Positions 46,852 to 58,800 of a DNA stretch of 64,000 nucleotides are shown one piece after another (within the stretch, counting starts at the first letter, position 1; every line of letters begins with the position of its first letter). Location: the IMG/VR virus record IMGVR_UViG_3300027969_000046; one strand, 5' to 3'. The DNA is from a virus. The notes below the pieces were generated by a model. That model saw only the letters and a program-made list of their open reading frames with translations. It made no database searches and was not told the origin of the DNA. Position numbers and translations under genes: made by a program.

Positions 46852-48182
46852 TGGAATTTTCTTTACAGAAATCAACACAGTTTACGATAAATGAACTGGT
46901 TATTGTAACTAAATCTGGTGGTATTGATATCACATCAATTTTTGATGAATTGAATATCCATGATTCAATCCTTATGCCAGTTATGAGTGGTAGTGTTTTA
47001 GTTACTGATGCCGTTGGTTTGTCAAGTAAATTATCTTTTGATGGTTCTGAAGCCTTACTAATTGACATATCAAAGGATGAAAATTCTGATATTGGTAAAT
47101 TTAAGAAGGCTTTTAGAATTTATAAGCAATCCAACAGAAAAGAAAATGGTGGTTCTGAAACTTACATTCTTCATTTTGTTGCCGATGAGTTTATGTATTC
47201 TGACCAACAAAAAATTAATCAATCTTTTACTGGCACCTATTCCGATATTGTTAAAAAGATTTTAGAAAATTATTTAAAAGTACCACAAAATAATGCTGGT
47301 GGTGTTTACGAATTAACTTCAGGTATCCGTAATATCACTATACCAAATTTAAGACCACTTGAAGCAATTGAATGGTGTGCAAAAAGAGCTGTTGATAGTA
47401 AACAATCTCCTAATTTTATGTTCTTTCAAAATATGATTGGATATAATTTTGCTTCACTATCTACTTTATTGACACAAGATGAAGTGCTTGATATTAAATA
47501 TCAAATTAAAAATTTAAGTGATTCTGGTGCAATAAATGAAATTAGTAGTGCTCGTGGTTATGAAGTTATAACTCAGTCTGACAATATTAAAAAAACAAGA
47601 GAAGGTGTTAATGCTGGTCAATTTGTTGGTTTTGATCCAATGACCAGAACAGTTGCCAAAAAGAACATTAAATTTAGTGACCACTATAACAGTATGGATC
47701 ACGGTAATGAAACACCAAATATAACTAACATTAAAAACCGTGATGGTTTAAGTAATCAAGAAGCTTTTGATTCTAAGAAAACGGTTAGTATTTTTAGTGC
47801 AGCTAAACAGTTAAGTTCATACATCAAACAAAACGACCCATATTCATTACAGAAACAAGAGAATTATGAAAATTATTTGTTTCAAAGAAAAGCTATTCTT
47901 GCTAATTTAATGGAAAAAAGAATTAAGTTTGCAATGCCTGGTAACTTTCAATTGACGTCTGGTTTAAATGTTAATGTTATGTTACCTAATATGGCACAAA
48001 AAGAAATGGGTGATGATAATACCGATGATAGTTTAAGTGGTAAATATATTATTATTGCTTCTCGACAAATTATTGGTTTAGAAAAACATGAAACAATTAT
48101 TGAAGTTGCTACTACATCAACAGAAAAAGAATTTGTTGAAACGAGTGATTCTGCTCAAAACGCTGACATTTTAGATTATTGA
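46851..48182 (+). CDS. Baseplate hub (gp27-like)
   Basis: Position between gp53 and gp5; ELNIHDSI...SGS....D, IPNLRP, FFQN, PGN, SGKYII. Confidence 0.65.
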   Translation: MEFSLQKSTQFTINELVIVTKSGGIDITSIFDELNIHDSILMPVMSGSVLVTDAVGLSSKLSFDGSEALLIDISKDENSDIGKFKKAFRIYKQSNRKENGGSETYILHFVADEFMYSDQQKINQSFTGTYSDIVKKILENYLKVPQNNAGGVYELTSGIRNITIPNLRPLEAIEWCAKRAVDSKQSPNFMFFQNMIGYNFASLSTLLTQDEVLDIKYQIKNLSDSGAINEISSARGYEVITQSDNIKKTREGVNAGQFVGFDPMTRTVAKKNIKFSDHYNSMDHGNETPNITNIKNRDGLSNQEAFDSKKTVSIFSAAKQLSSYIKQNDPYSLQKQENYENYLFQRKAILANLMEKRIKFAMPGNFQLTSGLNVNVMLPNMAQKEMGDDNTDDSLSGKYIIIASRQIIGLEKHETIIEVATTSTEKEFVETSDSAQNADILDY

Positions 48183-48183
48183 T

Positions 48184-49245
48184 ATGGCCGAAAACGATAA
48201 AGATTTTGCTGGTAAAAACGGATTCACATGGTGGGTCGGTGTTGTAGAAGATAGACAAGACCCACTAAAGATGGGTCGTGTGCGTGTGCGAGCTGTTGGT
48301 TGGAATGCTGATAACAAAATGCAATTACCAACAGACCAGTTGCCATGGGCTATGCCTATGTTACCTGTAAATAATACAAACCCGTATGCACCAAAAGAAG
48401 GTGATATGGTTATTGGATTCTTTACAGACGGAGAAGCGGCACAAGAGCCAGTTATTATGGGTGTATTTCCTGGTATTGCATTGAAGGCTGCAAACGCACA
48501 AGAAGCATTTGCAGACCCAAGAACAGGTGACCAATTAACCTCTGCGCCAGTTAAACCAAATGAAAGTGCAACAGGTTATCCAAGAAGAATAGATGAACCA
48601 AGCACATCACGCTTGGCAAGAAATGAAAAGATAGATGATTCAATTGTTTCCTTAAAGAAGGCAAAGAAGGCAGACAAGGTAGAACCAGACCCCTATTATG
48701 CGGCAAAATACCCATATAATAATGTCCATGAATCAGAAAGTGGGCACGCTTTGGAGTTCGATGACACGAAGGATGCAGAGAGAGTTCATCTGTATCATCG
48801 CTCGGGCTCTTACATCGAATGGGGACCTGCTGGAGACAGAGCGGAACGCATTGAAAAAGATAAGTTCACAGTAGTAATCGGAAACGATTCAATATATGTG
48901 AAGGGTGATGTTGCCATCTATGTTAATGGTAATGTTACCGCAGATATTAAAGGTGATGTTAAGGCAATTATTGGTGGTGGCGTGAATATGAATGTTACTG
49001 GTGATGTAAATGCTACAACACCAAACTTAAATTTAACTGGTGATTTGAATGTTACGGGTCAAACCACAGTAAGTAAAAATATTTTAGTTGGCCAAGGAAT
49101 CACAACAGGAACTGGTGGCGGCGGTGGTAATATGACAGTCAACGGTTCCGCTTCGTTTACAGGTGATGTAGTTGCTCAAGGCACAAGTTTACATACACAT
49201 ACTCATTCGGATCCACAAGGTGGAAACACCGGCCCTCCAGTTTAG
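48184..49245 (+). CDS. gp5: Baseplate spike gp5 (OB-fold and beta-helix, no lysozyme domain)
   Basis: WWVGVVEDRQDPLKMGRVRVR, LPWA, YPYNNVHESESGH, VxG repeats, terminal HTHTH. Confidence 0.9.
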   Translation: MAENDKDFAGKNGFTWWVGVVEDRQDPLKMGRVRVRAVGWNADNKMQLPTDQLPWAMPMLPVNNTNPYAPKEGDMVIGFFTDGEAAQEPVIMGVFPGIALKAANAQEAFADPRTGDQLTSAPVKPNESATGYPRRIDEPSTSRLARNEKIDDSIVSLKKAKKADKVEPDPYYAAKYPYNNVHESESGHALEFDDTKDAERVHLYHRSGSYIEWGPAGDRAERIEKDKFTVVIGNDSIYVKGDVAIYVNGNVTADIKGDVKAIIGGGVNMNVTGDVNATTPNLNLTGDLNVTGQTTVSKNILVGQGITTGTGGGGGNMTVNGSASFTGDVVAQGTSLHTHTHSDPQGGNTGPPV

Positions 49246-49260
49246 GCGAATAAATAAGAT

Positions 49261-49665
49261 ATGGCAACAATAGACATAGAAAGTGCAAGGTCGTTTAAAG
49301 ATTTGGATTTAGCGTTTACGATTCATCCAATTCGTAAAGACATTAACACTCACAAAAACGAATACGCAGTAATTAATTCAGTTAAGAATTTAATTCTAAC
49401 TAATCATTATGAGCGTCCATTTCAACCAGAAATTGGTAGTAATATTCGCCGTCTTTTGTTTGAACAAGTAGATTCTGTTACAGCTGCACAGATTGAGAGA
49501 GATATAGTTGAAACTATTAGCAATTTTGAACCACGAGTTAAAGTGTCAAAAGTAATAGCCTCAGCAGCACCAGACGATAATGGATATAAAATACTATTGG
49601 AGTTTTTTATCATTAATAACCCAAATCCAATTTCAATCAATTTCTTTTTAGAGCGGATTAGATAA
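49261..49665 (+). CDS. gp25: Baseplate wedge gp25
   Basis: KDLDL, SVKNLILT..ERPFQPEIGS, FEPRV. Confidence 0.92.
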   Translation: MATIDIESARSFKDLDLAFTIHPIRKDINTHKNEYAVINSVKNLILTNHYERPFQPEIGSNIRRLLFEQVDSVTAAQIERDIVETISNFEPRVKVSKVIASAAPDDNGYKILLEFFIINNPNPISINFFLERIR

Positions 49666-49669
49666 TAAA

Positions 49670-51733
49670 ATGGCAGACCGTTTAAGAGTTACCGAACTTG
49701 ATTTTGATACAATCAAGTCGAATTTAAAGACCTTTTTAAATCAACAAACAGAGTTTACAGACTATGACTTTGAAGGGTCTGGCCTTTCTGTTTTGTTGGA
49801 TATCTTGGCATACAACACCCACTATAATGCTTATTACCTTAACATGGTTGCAAATGAGTCATTTTTAGATACCGCTTTGTTGCGTGATTCTGCCGTTTCA
49901 CACGCAAAGACTTTGGGTTACACACCATATTCAACTACTGCACCAACTGCAACTATTGATTTTCAAGTTGCATCTGGTTCAACAACACCAGCAACATTAA
50001 CTATTCCATCAGGATTTGCTTTCTTATCAAATCAAATTGATAATAAGTCCTACAATTTTGTTGTTTTGGATGACACAACAGTTACCAAATCAAATACAAG
50101 TTATTATTTCGATAACCTTGAAATTCGTGAAGGTCAATTAATTACTTATAGCTTTGGATATAATGCAGCTTCAAATCCAAAACAAATTTTTACATTACCT
50201 GATGAAGGTATTGATACTAACACAATTAAAGTTGTAGTAACACCACAATCTGCCAATACTGCAACTTCCACTTATAGCAAAGTTACTGATGTTTTGGATG
50301 TTTCTAATACATCTGAAGTTTATTTCTTACAAGAAAGTCGCAACGGAAAATATGAAATTTATTTTGGTAACGATGATGTAGGTAAATCTTTGCCTGATGG
50401 TGCAACCGTATCTGTAAGATATTTGGTTACCAATGGTACTGCGGCCAATAAAGCAAATAATTTTATTGCAACTGCTACACTAACAGATTCTTTAAGTGTT
50501 TCTCAAACAAATTTTACAATTACTCCAATCATTTCTGCTTCTGGTGGTTCAGACCGTGAATCTGTTGATAATATTAAATTCTCAGCACAAGCACAATATG
50601 CCACACAGAATCGTTTGGTTACAGTAAAAGATTATGAATCATATATTAAAAATCATTACCCAAGTGTCGATTCAATTTCTGTTTGGGGTGGAGAAGATGA
50701 GATTCCTAAAGTTTATGGTAAAGTATATGTAGCTTTAAAACCAAAAGCAAATTATTATATTTCTGAAACAGAGAAAGCTAGAATTGTATCGGAAATTATT
50801 AATCCAAAATCTATTATTTCGGTACAAACTGAAATTCGTGATGCCGAATATTTGTATTTGTTGTTGGAAAATGATGTCCAATATGACCCAAGAAAAACAA
50901 CATCTACTGAAACTGCATTAAAACAATCTATTAAACAAGCAATATTAAATTATAATACCACTTATTTAAATAAATTTGGAACAATATATGTTGCTTCTGA
51001 TGTTGAGGCTGACATTAATCAAGTAAATCCTAATGCTGTTGTTGGTGTAAGAACAACAACAAGAGTTCAAAAAAGATTTCAACCACAATTAGATAAATCA
51101 GTAAGTTATGAAATTAAATTTAATGTTCCTTTGCATCGTGGTACAATTACCAATAAATTAACATCAACACAATTTGCAGTATATGATTTAACAGGAACAT
51201 TAAGAACGGCGTTGTTTGAAGAAACACCACAATCTTATACAGGCGTTTCGGAAATTCAAATTACAAATCCTGGTTCAAGCTACACAACAACTCCAACAGT
51301 AACAATTAATGGTGATGGAACTGGTGCAACTGCTGAAGCTGTAATTGTTAATGGAAGAATTCAAACAATTAATATCACAAATCGTGGTACAGATTATACT
51401 CGTGCTACTGTTTCAATTACAGGCGGTAGTGGTTACGGCGCAGAAGCTGTAGCTGTTATTGATGGTAGAACAGGCACACTTAGAACAATTTACTACGATA
51501 CATTAGCACAAAGACAGATTATTAATTCAAATGCTGGAACAATTGACTACAATAATGGTATTGTTACTATTAATAATATTCGTTTTATAAGAATTGATTC
51601 GAATGATGAATTAATTCGCCTATCAATTGAGATTGAAAAAGGTTATCTTCAATCGACAAGAGATACAATTCTTACTATTGATGTGGATGATCCAACTGCC
51701 ATATCAACAACATTAGAAAAAATTAGCAAATAA
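49670..51733 (+). CDS. gp6: Baseplate wedge gp6
   Basis: LDFDTIKSNL, DYDFEGSGLS.LLD.LAYNTHY, QNRLVT..DY, VWGGE, GTIDY. Confidence 0.93.
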   Translation: MADRLRVTELDFDTIKSNLKTFLNQQTEFTDYDFEGSGLSVLLDILAYNTHYNAYYLNMVANESFLDTALLRDSAVSHAKTLGYTPYSTTAPTATIDFQVASGSTTPATLTIPSGFAFLSNQIDNKSYNFVVLDDTTVTKSNTSYYFDNLEIREGQLITYSFGYNAASNPKQIFTLPDEGIDTNTIKVVVTPQSANTATSTYSKVTDVLDVSNTSEVYFLQESRNGKYEIYFGNDDVGKSLPDGATVSVRYLVTNGTAANKANNFIATATLTDSLSVSQTNFTITPIISASGGSDRESVDNIKFSAQAQYATQNRLVTVKDYESYIKNHYPSVDSISVWGGEDEIPKVYGKVYVALKPKANYYISETEKARIVSEIINPKSIISVQTEIRDAEYLYLLLENDVQYDPRKTTSTETALKQSIKQAILNYNTTYLNKFGTIYVASDVEADINQVNPNAVVGVRTTTRVQKRFQPQLDKSVSYEIKFNVPLHRGTITNKLTSTQFAVYDLTGTLRTALFEETPQSYTGVSEIQITNPGSSYTTTPTVTINGDGTGATAEAVIVNGRIQTINITNRGTDYTRATVSITGGSGYGAEAVAVIDGRTGTLRTIYYDTLAQRQIINSNAGTIDYNNGIVTINNIRFIRIDSNDELIRLSIEIEKGYLQSTRDTILTIDVDDPTAISTTLEKISK

Positions 51734-54231
51734 TGTCCAATCAAAAGACCTCCTTACTGATTAATCGTCAGGTACCGGAGTTTGTTCGGGAAGAATATCC
51801 TAATTTTATTGCTTTTTTGGAAGCATATTATGAATTTTTGGAAACAAAACAAACCGGCAAAAATAATGATTTAACATCGCAAGCTAAAGATTTGCGGTAT
51901 GTTTCTGATGTTGATTCATCTATTGTTCAATTTGAAGATAACTTTTTTAATACTTACGCTTCTTTAGTTCCAAAAACAGTTGCTGTTGATAAAGCTTTAT
52001 TAATTAAAAATTTATTGCCTTTGTATCTTGCTAAAGGTAATGAAAAATCATTTAAACTTCTATTCAGACTTCTTTTCAATGAAGATGTGGAAGTTATTCA
52101 ACCCAAATCAAGTGTTCTTAAAGCTTCAGATGGTAAGTGGTTAATTGAAAAAGCCTTTCGTATTTCACAAGATGTTTACAGCACCTATACAGGCAACGGT
52201 ACAACAACTATATTCAAACTAGCACAAGTTGTTGATTCTACTGAAATTGTTGTTTATGTGGATGATGTTATTCAGACAACTAATTTTAGAATTCGTAAAG
52301 AAAGCCGCAAACTTGTATTCAATACTGCACCAAGTAGTAATGCTAAAATAAGAATTCTTTATAATAATTTTAATTATGAACTATTAAACAATAGAAAAGT
52401 TGTTGGTACAACATCTAATGCATATGCTATTGTTGAAAGAACTGGCCAAAAAACGGTTAATGGTGTTGGTTCATTTGAATTATATGTAAATACAAAAACT
52501 TTGGTTGGTCAATTTGCCGATGGTGAAGTTGGAACATTAACTATTATTGATCCTGATGATTCCACATTAATTTATATTGAAGTTTTAGGATTATCAATTT
52601 TAAGAACTATTAATGTTATTGATGGTGGCGCAAGTTATAATGTTGGTGACCCCGTAGTTATTACTGGTGGTAATGCTGTTAAACAAGCTGAAGCATTGGT
52701 TTCAGAAGTATTCTCTGGTTACATTAATCAAATTCGTGTTCTTGCTGGTGGTTCAGGTTTTAAAATTGGTTCAAATGTAAACTTGGTTGGTACAACTGCA
52801 AATGCTTCATTAGTTTTGGCAATTGACGGAGTTGATACTTCAGGTGCCAATGCAGCTAATAGTTTTATTGTTAATACAGACAAAATTGGTGACTATACCA
52901 CAAAAACAATTAGTGATGCAAACTATGGATTTCCAAGTGCTGTTACGGAAAATGTTGCAACAAGATTAATTGACGCTTTTACATTTGCACCATTAACTGG
53001 TATTGGTCCAATTACCAATGTGGCAATTCTTTTTGCTAACGCAATTTTCTCTACTGTTCCAACTTTAGATGCTGATTCAGCACCTTACACGGCAAGTGGA
53101 GAAGTTGAGCACGTTTATTCAACAGGCTCTTTAGGTAGATTAACAATCAATAGTGGCGGAACAAACTATGCCATTGGTGACGAACTTGTATTTACATTAA
53201 CTCAACCAATGTCGTTTGGTTTTGGTGCAGCTGCTGCTGTAACTAATGTATCTACAAGTGGTGCAATTACTAAAGTTCAATTACAACCACCAAGACTTAC
53301 TGGCACAGTTAATGTTACTTCAACATTAAACACTCTTACTGGAACAGGCACATTATTTCAAAGAGAATTGGAGATTGGTGACCAGATTATGGTTAACAAC
53401 CAAATCAGTTGGGTTAATGCTATTAGTTCTAATACTTCATTGACAACCAATGTAAATTTTGGTTATACTGAAACAAATAGAAAACTTGGTAAATTTGAAT
53501 TGTTGCCAATTGGTGGTATCAATTATGCTTTTGATAAACTTCCTTCTGTAACAGTATCTTCTACATCTGGTGCAAATGCTAATATTGCAGTCCAAGGAAT
53601 ACTTGGTGATGGTGAAAATCTATTTGCAACGGCAGACAAAAATCCTGGTGAAATTTTAAAGATTCGTATTGTTGATGCTGGTCAAGGATATGAATATCCA
53701 CCAGAAATTGATTTGACTGGAAGTGGTAATAGAGCTGCAAGAGCCAATGCTTCAGTTGAACCTAGTTATGTTGAATTTCCTGGTCGTTGGACAACATCCG
53801 ATTCTATTCTTTCTGCTTCAGAAAGGGTTATTCAAGGTCGTAATTTCTATATTGATTATGCCTATGTTCTTTCTTCTAAAGTTGAATTTGGTAAATTTAA
53901 AGATGTCTTTAAAAACCTTATTCATCCAGCAGGTTTTGTGGAATATGCGGAGTTTAAAATTGATGAGGTTGTGGCCGCAAACAATCTTTCCAGAAGTAGC
54001 ATAACTATAAGCAATAGTGTTGCTGGTACTGTAAACACAAACGGCAGTATGTATGTGATGGGAACAGGCACATTGTTTAATGTGGTTACTGGAATCATTA
54101 CTGTTGGTTCACAGATTGCGGTTAACTCTGAAATTAGAACGGTTAATGCCATTTACAGTAATACCCTATTGACAGTTTCCACACCATTTACATATACATC
54201 AAATGTTCAAGATTTAATAATAGTGGCATAA
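51733..54231 (+). CDS. gp7: Baseplate wedge initiator (gp7-like)
   Basis: QVPEFVREEYP.F..FLEAYYEF, KG.EKSF.LLFR.LF, HPAG; position between gp6 and gp8. Confidence 0.75.
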   Translation: MSNQKTSLLINRQVPEFVREEYPNFIAFLEAYYEFLETKQTGKNNDLTSQAKDLRYVSDVDSSIVQFEDNFFNTYASLVPKTVAVDKALLIKNLLPLYLAKGNEKSFKLLFRLLFNEDVEVIQPKSSVLKASDGKWLIEKAFRISQDVYSTYTGNGTTTIFKLAQVVDSTEIVVYVDDVIQTTNFRIRKESRKLVFNTAPSSNAKIRILYNNFNYELLNNRKVVGTTSNAYAIVERTGQKTVNGVGSFELYVNTKTLVGQFADGEVGTLTIIDPDDSTLIYIEVLGLSILRTINVIDGGASYNVGDPVVITGGNAVKQAEALVSEVFSGYINQIRVLAGGSGFKIGSNVNLVGTTANASLVLAIDGVDTSGANAANSFIVNTDKIGDYTTKTISDANYGFPSAVTENVATRLIDAFTFAPLTGIGPITNVAILFANAIFSTVPTLDADSAPYTASGEVEHVYSTGSLGRLTINSGGTNYAIGDELVFTLTQPMSFGFGAAAAVTNVSTSGAITKVQLQPPRLTGTVNVTSTLNTLTGTGTLFQRELEIGDQIMVNNQISWVNAISSNTSLTTNVNFGYTETNRKLGKFELLPIGGINYAFDKLPSVTVSSTSGANANIAVQGILGDGENLFATADKNPGEILKIRIVDAGQGYEYPPEIDLTGSGNRAARANASVEPSYVEFPGRWTTSDSILSASERVIQGRNFYIDYAYVLSSKVEFGKFKDVFKNLIHPAGFVEYAEFKIDEVVAANNLSRSSITISNSVAGTVNTNGSMYVMGTGTLFNVVTGIITVGSQIAVNSEIRTVNAIYSNTLLTVSTPFTYTSNVQDLIIVA

Positions 54232-54244
54232 ATAAAGAATTAAT

Positions 54245-55795
54245 ATGGCAACTTTTTATACCTCAAAGAAACTCTCGTTCAATAACGCAGAACAATTCAA
54301 AGAATCGTTCTCAGAACCAGCTGCAACAGTTGGTTATGTTTTTATTGGAAACCATGTTCCTTATGCAAACGAATCGTCACCAAACTCCATCGTTGATTCT
54401 ACATCCGATGAAAAGACAGTTTGGGACAATATGTTTGCAGCCAAAAAAGTTACTGGTAACGATGTGGAATTGGTTGTTCCTAGGGTCAATTGGACAGGAT
54501 CCACAAAATACAAACAATATGATGATTTAATTACAATAGATGATTTGACAACCGGCAATACAACATTGAATGTTAAACCAATGTATGTTATTACCACAGA
54601 CCGAAATGTCTATAAGTGTTTGTCAAACAACGCTTCCGCTAATTCTACTGTTATGCCAACTGGTGATTACACCACCGCAAACGGTACAATTAAAACTGCT
54701 GACGGTTACATTTGGAAGTATATGTATAATGTCAAACCTTCTAATAAGTTTTTGACAACCGATTGGATGCCAGCACCAATTTCCACATCAAAATTAGATT
54801 ACAATGTGAGTTCTGCTGATGTTGTAAATGGTGAATTAACCACTATTATTGTTACAAATGGTGGAACTGGATATGCGGAACCTTCTATTTTATCTACTGC
54901 ATTTGGTCCAGGCGTAACATCAATTAATTTGGCCAACACAACAAATGTGGCTGCAAATATGTATGTTAGTGGAACAGGTATTGCAACATCCACTTTAGTT
55001 ACCGCAGTTAATGCTATTAGCTCTACAATTACAATTTCTACTGCCACAACCGCAAACGGTGGCGGAACAGTAGCAAACAATTTAACATTTACAACAAGAG
55101 TTTATGTTAGTGGTGATGGTTCTGGTACAGAAGCTTCTGCAACAATTGCCAGTCGTGCCATTTCAAAGATTACAGTAGATGTGACAGGATCAGGATATAC
55201 ATATGCAAATGCTATTGTATATGGTTCTGGAACGGGAGCAAATGTTCGTGTTGCTTTACCTCCACAATACGGCCATGCATACAATCCCGCTAAAGAATTG
55301 AATGGCGGAAATGTAATGGTTGCTGATAAGATTGGATTGGTAGATTCAACAGAAGGTGGACTTATTTCCACTAGCACAGCATTTAGACAATATGGCCTTC
55401 TACGGGACCCATATAAATATGGTGAAACATCACCAGTAACAAGTTCTAATGCAAATACTGTTATCTCACAAACAACCAATTTGACATTGGTCGCAGGTAC
55501 TGATTTTACATTGAACGAATTTGTCTACCAAGGTAGTTCTGCAAACAATGCCTATTTTTATGGTTTTGTTAATGCACAATCTTCAAACCAAGTTAGATTG
55601 ACTAAAGTTAGAGGTCAAGCTGCGGTTGGTGGTATTTTGATTGGTGCCAGTTCTGGTGTAAACAGAACAATTGTTAAACAAAATTTACCAGAGTTCCAAC
55701 CATATAGTGGCGATATCATGTATGCTGAAAATATACAAAAAGTTGAAAGAGCAGAAGGACAAGCTGAAAATGTTAAGTTTGTTATTAGATTCTAA
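54245..55795 (+). CDS. gp8: Baseplate wedge gp8
   Basis: YVFIG, VPRVNW, VYKCLSN, DGYIWKYMY, FRQYGL..DP, SGDIMY.EN. Confidence 0.88.
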   Translation: MATFYTSKKLSFNNAEQFKESFSEPAATVGYVFIGNHVPYANESSPNSIVDSTSDEKTVWDNMFAAKKVTGNDVELVVPRVNWTGSTKYKQYDDLITIDDLTTGNTTLNVKPMYVITTDRNVYKCLSNNASANSTVMPTGDYTTANGTIKTADGYIWKYMYNVKPSNKFLTTDWMPAPISTSKLDYNVSSADVVNGELTTIIVTNGGTGYAEPSILSTAFGPGVTSINLANTTNVAANMYVSGTGIATSTLVTAVNAISSTITISTATTANGGGTVANNLTFTTRVYVSGDGSGTEASATIASRAISKITVDVTGSGYTYANAIVYGSGTGANVRVALPPQYGHAYNPAKELNGGNVMVADKIGLVDSTEGGLISTSTAFRQYGLLRDPYKYGETSPVTSSNANTVISQTTNLTLVAGTDFTLNEFVYQGSSANNAYFYGFVNAQSSNQVRLTKVRGQAAVGGILIGASSGVNRTIVKQNLPEFQPYSGDIMYAENIQKVERAEGQAENVKFVIRF

Positions 55796-55807
55796 GGAAA
55801 ATATTTA

Positions 55808-58800
55808 ATGTCGTTAAATACTAATTTTAATGTCAACCCATACTATGACGACTTCGATGAAGCTAAAAAGTTTCTTCGTCTATTGTTTAAGCCAGGTTAT
55901 GCTGTTCAAGCTCGTGAGTTAACACAATTACAAACTCTTTTACAGAGCCAAATTAGTCGTTTTGGTAATAATGTTTTCAAAAATGGTTCTCTTGTAACTG
56001 GTGGTCAAACTTTTCTTCAAAATGCTACATACTTAAAATTAGATACCGATTATTCTGGTTTAGCTGTTTCTGTAACAAATTTTAATGGTAAAACAATTAC
56101 TGATTCCACAGGAACAAAGCGTGGTGAAGTTGTTGTTGTTTATGATGCTGATTCTGGTACAGGTGATCCAAAAACACTATTAGTCAAACAGATTTATGGT
56201 ACTGCTTTTGCTTCTGGAGATAAAATTTCCACAGTTGAAACTGCGCCTGCATATGCTAATGTTTCAACATCTGGTGTTGGAACAGGCCAAACATTTTCTG
56301 TAAATGATGGTGTATTCTATTACGATGGTTTCTTCATTAAGAACGATGCACAAACTATTGCCACATCAAAATATAATAACGCAACAGCTAATGCAAGAAT
56401 TGGTTTTGAAGTTACTGAAGCTGTTGTAGAATATACACAAGACACTTCGTTGTTGGATCCTGCTCAAGATGCTTCAAACTTTCAAGCACCTGGTTCCGAC
56501 CGCTACAAAATTTCATTAGTATTATCAACTCGTGCTTTAGATTCTACCGATGATACACAATTTATTGAACTTGCTCGTGTTGAACAAGGCGCATTAACCT
56601 ATTCTGTAAAATACCCATTGTATGCGGTATTAGAAGATACTCTTGCTCGTAGAACTTACGATGAATCTGGTAACTACACAGTAAGACCATTTAAACTTTC
56701 ATTAGACACAAGTGCTGCTAATACCGCAAAAGCCAATGTTGTATTGTCGCCAGGTAAAGCATATGTCTATGGTTACGAACACGAAACAATTGGACCAACA
56801 ACAATTACATTTAATAAACCAAGAACAACAGATAATGTTTCTAATAAACGCATTTCTTCTGACTATGGTTATTATGTTTATTCAAATACACACTTTGGTA
56901 CATTTCCAATTAATAGTTTAGCTACTATTGATTTGCATTGTGTATCAAATGGTTCAATTAATGTTTCATCTACAAACACAATTACTAATACAAAGATTGG
57001 TACTGCTCGTGTAAAAAGTATTGAATTTGAAGCAGCTTCAAACACATCAAACTCTGCTACATATGAATATCGCACTTATTTGTTTGATGTTAATGTTTCT
57101 TCATTAACAGGTAATGTATTAACATCTAATACCACAACAATTACAATTGGCAATACTGGTGCTGGACAATATTATTCTACACAGAACAATGCATATACTG
57201 GTGCTAAACTTCGTATCATTGCTGGTCCTGGTGCTGGTGAAACTCCAAAATATATTACAAATTATAATGGCGCTACTGGTGTTATCACATTATCTCAACA
57301 ATTTATTGCTACAACAAATACAACATCAACTTGGTCTATTGACTTTGAAGTTAATGATATTAAATCATTAGCTGTTACAAGCGGAACAACTCGTGTTGCA
57401 GCTGCTGATATTGATGGTGCTTCTAAAGACCCAGCAACAACTTACGATGACACATTTATTTCAGATACTAAGTTAGAGCCACTATTATTGCCACTTGGTC
57501 AAAATTATGTTGCTAGTGGAACTATTGGTAATTTGTCTTTCTCATATAAGAGAATGTATGAAGCACAAGCTTTTTCATCTTCAATATCACCTACACTTTC
57601 AGTAGGTACTGGTGAAGCCATTTCTGCTGCTGTAAGCACTTCAAGTAAAAACGAAAAATATACAGTTGTTGTAACAGCTTCTGGTACTTCGCCATATACT
57701 GTTGGTCAAATTATTCCTTCTAATCTATTTACAGTAGATACAGGCACTCGTAAAATTACTGTTACTTCTGGTAACAATATGACTGCTAATATTGTTGCAA
57801 CGATTGATTCTTCAAATCCATCAGCAAAAACAAAAACTTTTGCAACTGCAAATGCAACCGTTCAAACAAGTGGCGGCACAGCGTTGTTTGCTAATAACGG
57901 CGTAATTCTTTATGCTTCACAAGGCCAAACTCACATTATGGCCAATACTGTTGTTAAAACACCTGCAACTGCACAATCATTATTTGTGTCTGATGTTGTA
58001 GCCGTTTCTTCAGTATTAGATTTTAATGGCAATCAAATTACAGTTGCTAATGCTGCTATTGCAACAGATATTACTTCACGCTATACATTAGATAATGGTC
58101 AAAGAGATTCTTATTATGACCATGCTTCTATTAGTTTGAAAGCTGGTGTAGCAACTCCTGTTGGACCCCTAGTCGTTAAATATAACCGATTCAGTTCGTC
58201 TGGTGCTGGTTTCTTTGATGTTGATTCTTATAGTGGGTATGATTATGGTTCTATTCCTACATATTCATCTGTTGGTGCAGGCAACAATTACCAACTTTCG
58301 GATTGCCTTGATTTTAGGCCTGTCCGAGCAACGCCAACAAGCACAACAACAGCAAACACCGTCACATTCGATGTTGATTCAACCACGACTGGTCCTAAGA
58401 TTCCTGAGAATGGTTCCGACATCATTCTAAACTATCAATACTACTTACCAAGAATTGACAAGGTAGTATTAAACAAAGACAGAACATTTGAGGTAGTTCA
58501 AGGCATTCCTTCCCTAACTCCTGTTGAACCAAAAGACAAAGATGGGGCAATGACTTTGTATACCTTGCGTGAACCTGCGTATGTTGCCAATACATCTTTA
58601 ATTAGAGTTGAATACAAAGACAATCGCCGTTATACAATGCGTGATATTGGTGCAATCGACAAGCGTGTTGAAAACTTAGAATATTATACATCATTGTCAT
58701 TGCTAGAACAATCTGCTGTTAACAAACAAGATTTAACAATACTTGATAGCACAAATTTACCACGATTTAAGAATGGTATTTTGGTTGATGCATTTGATGG

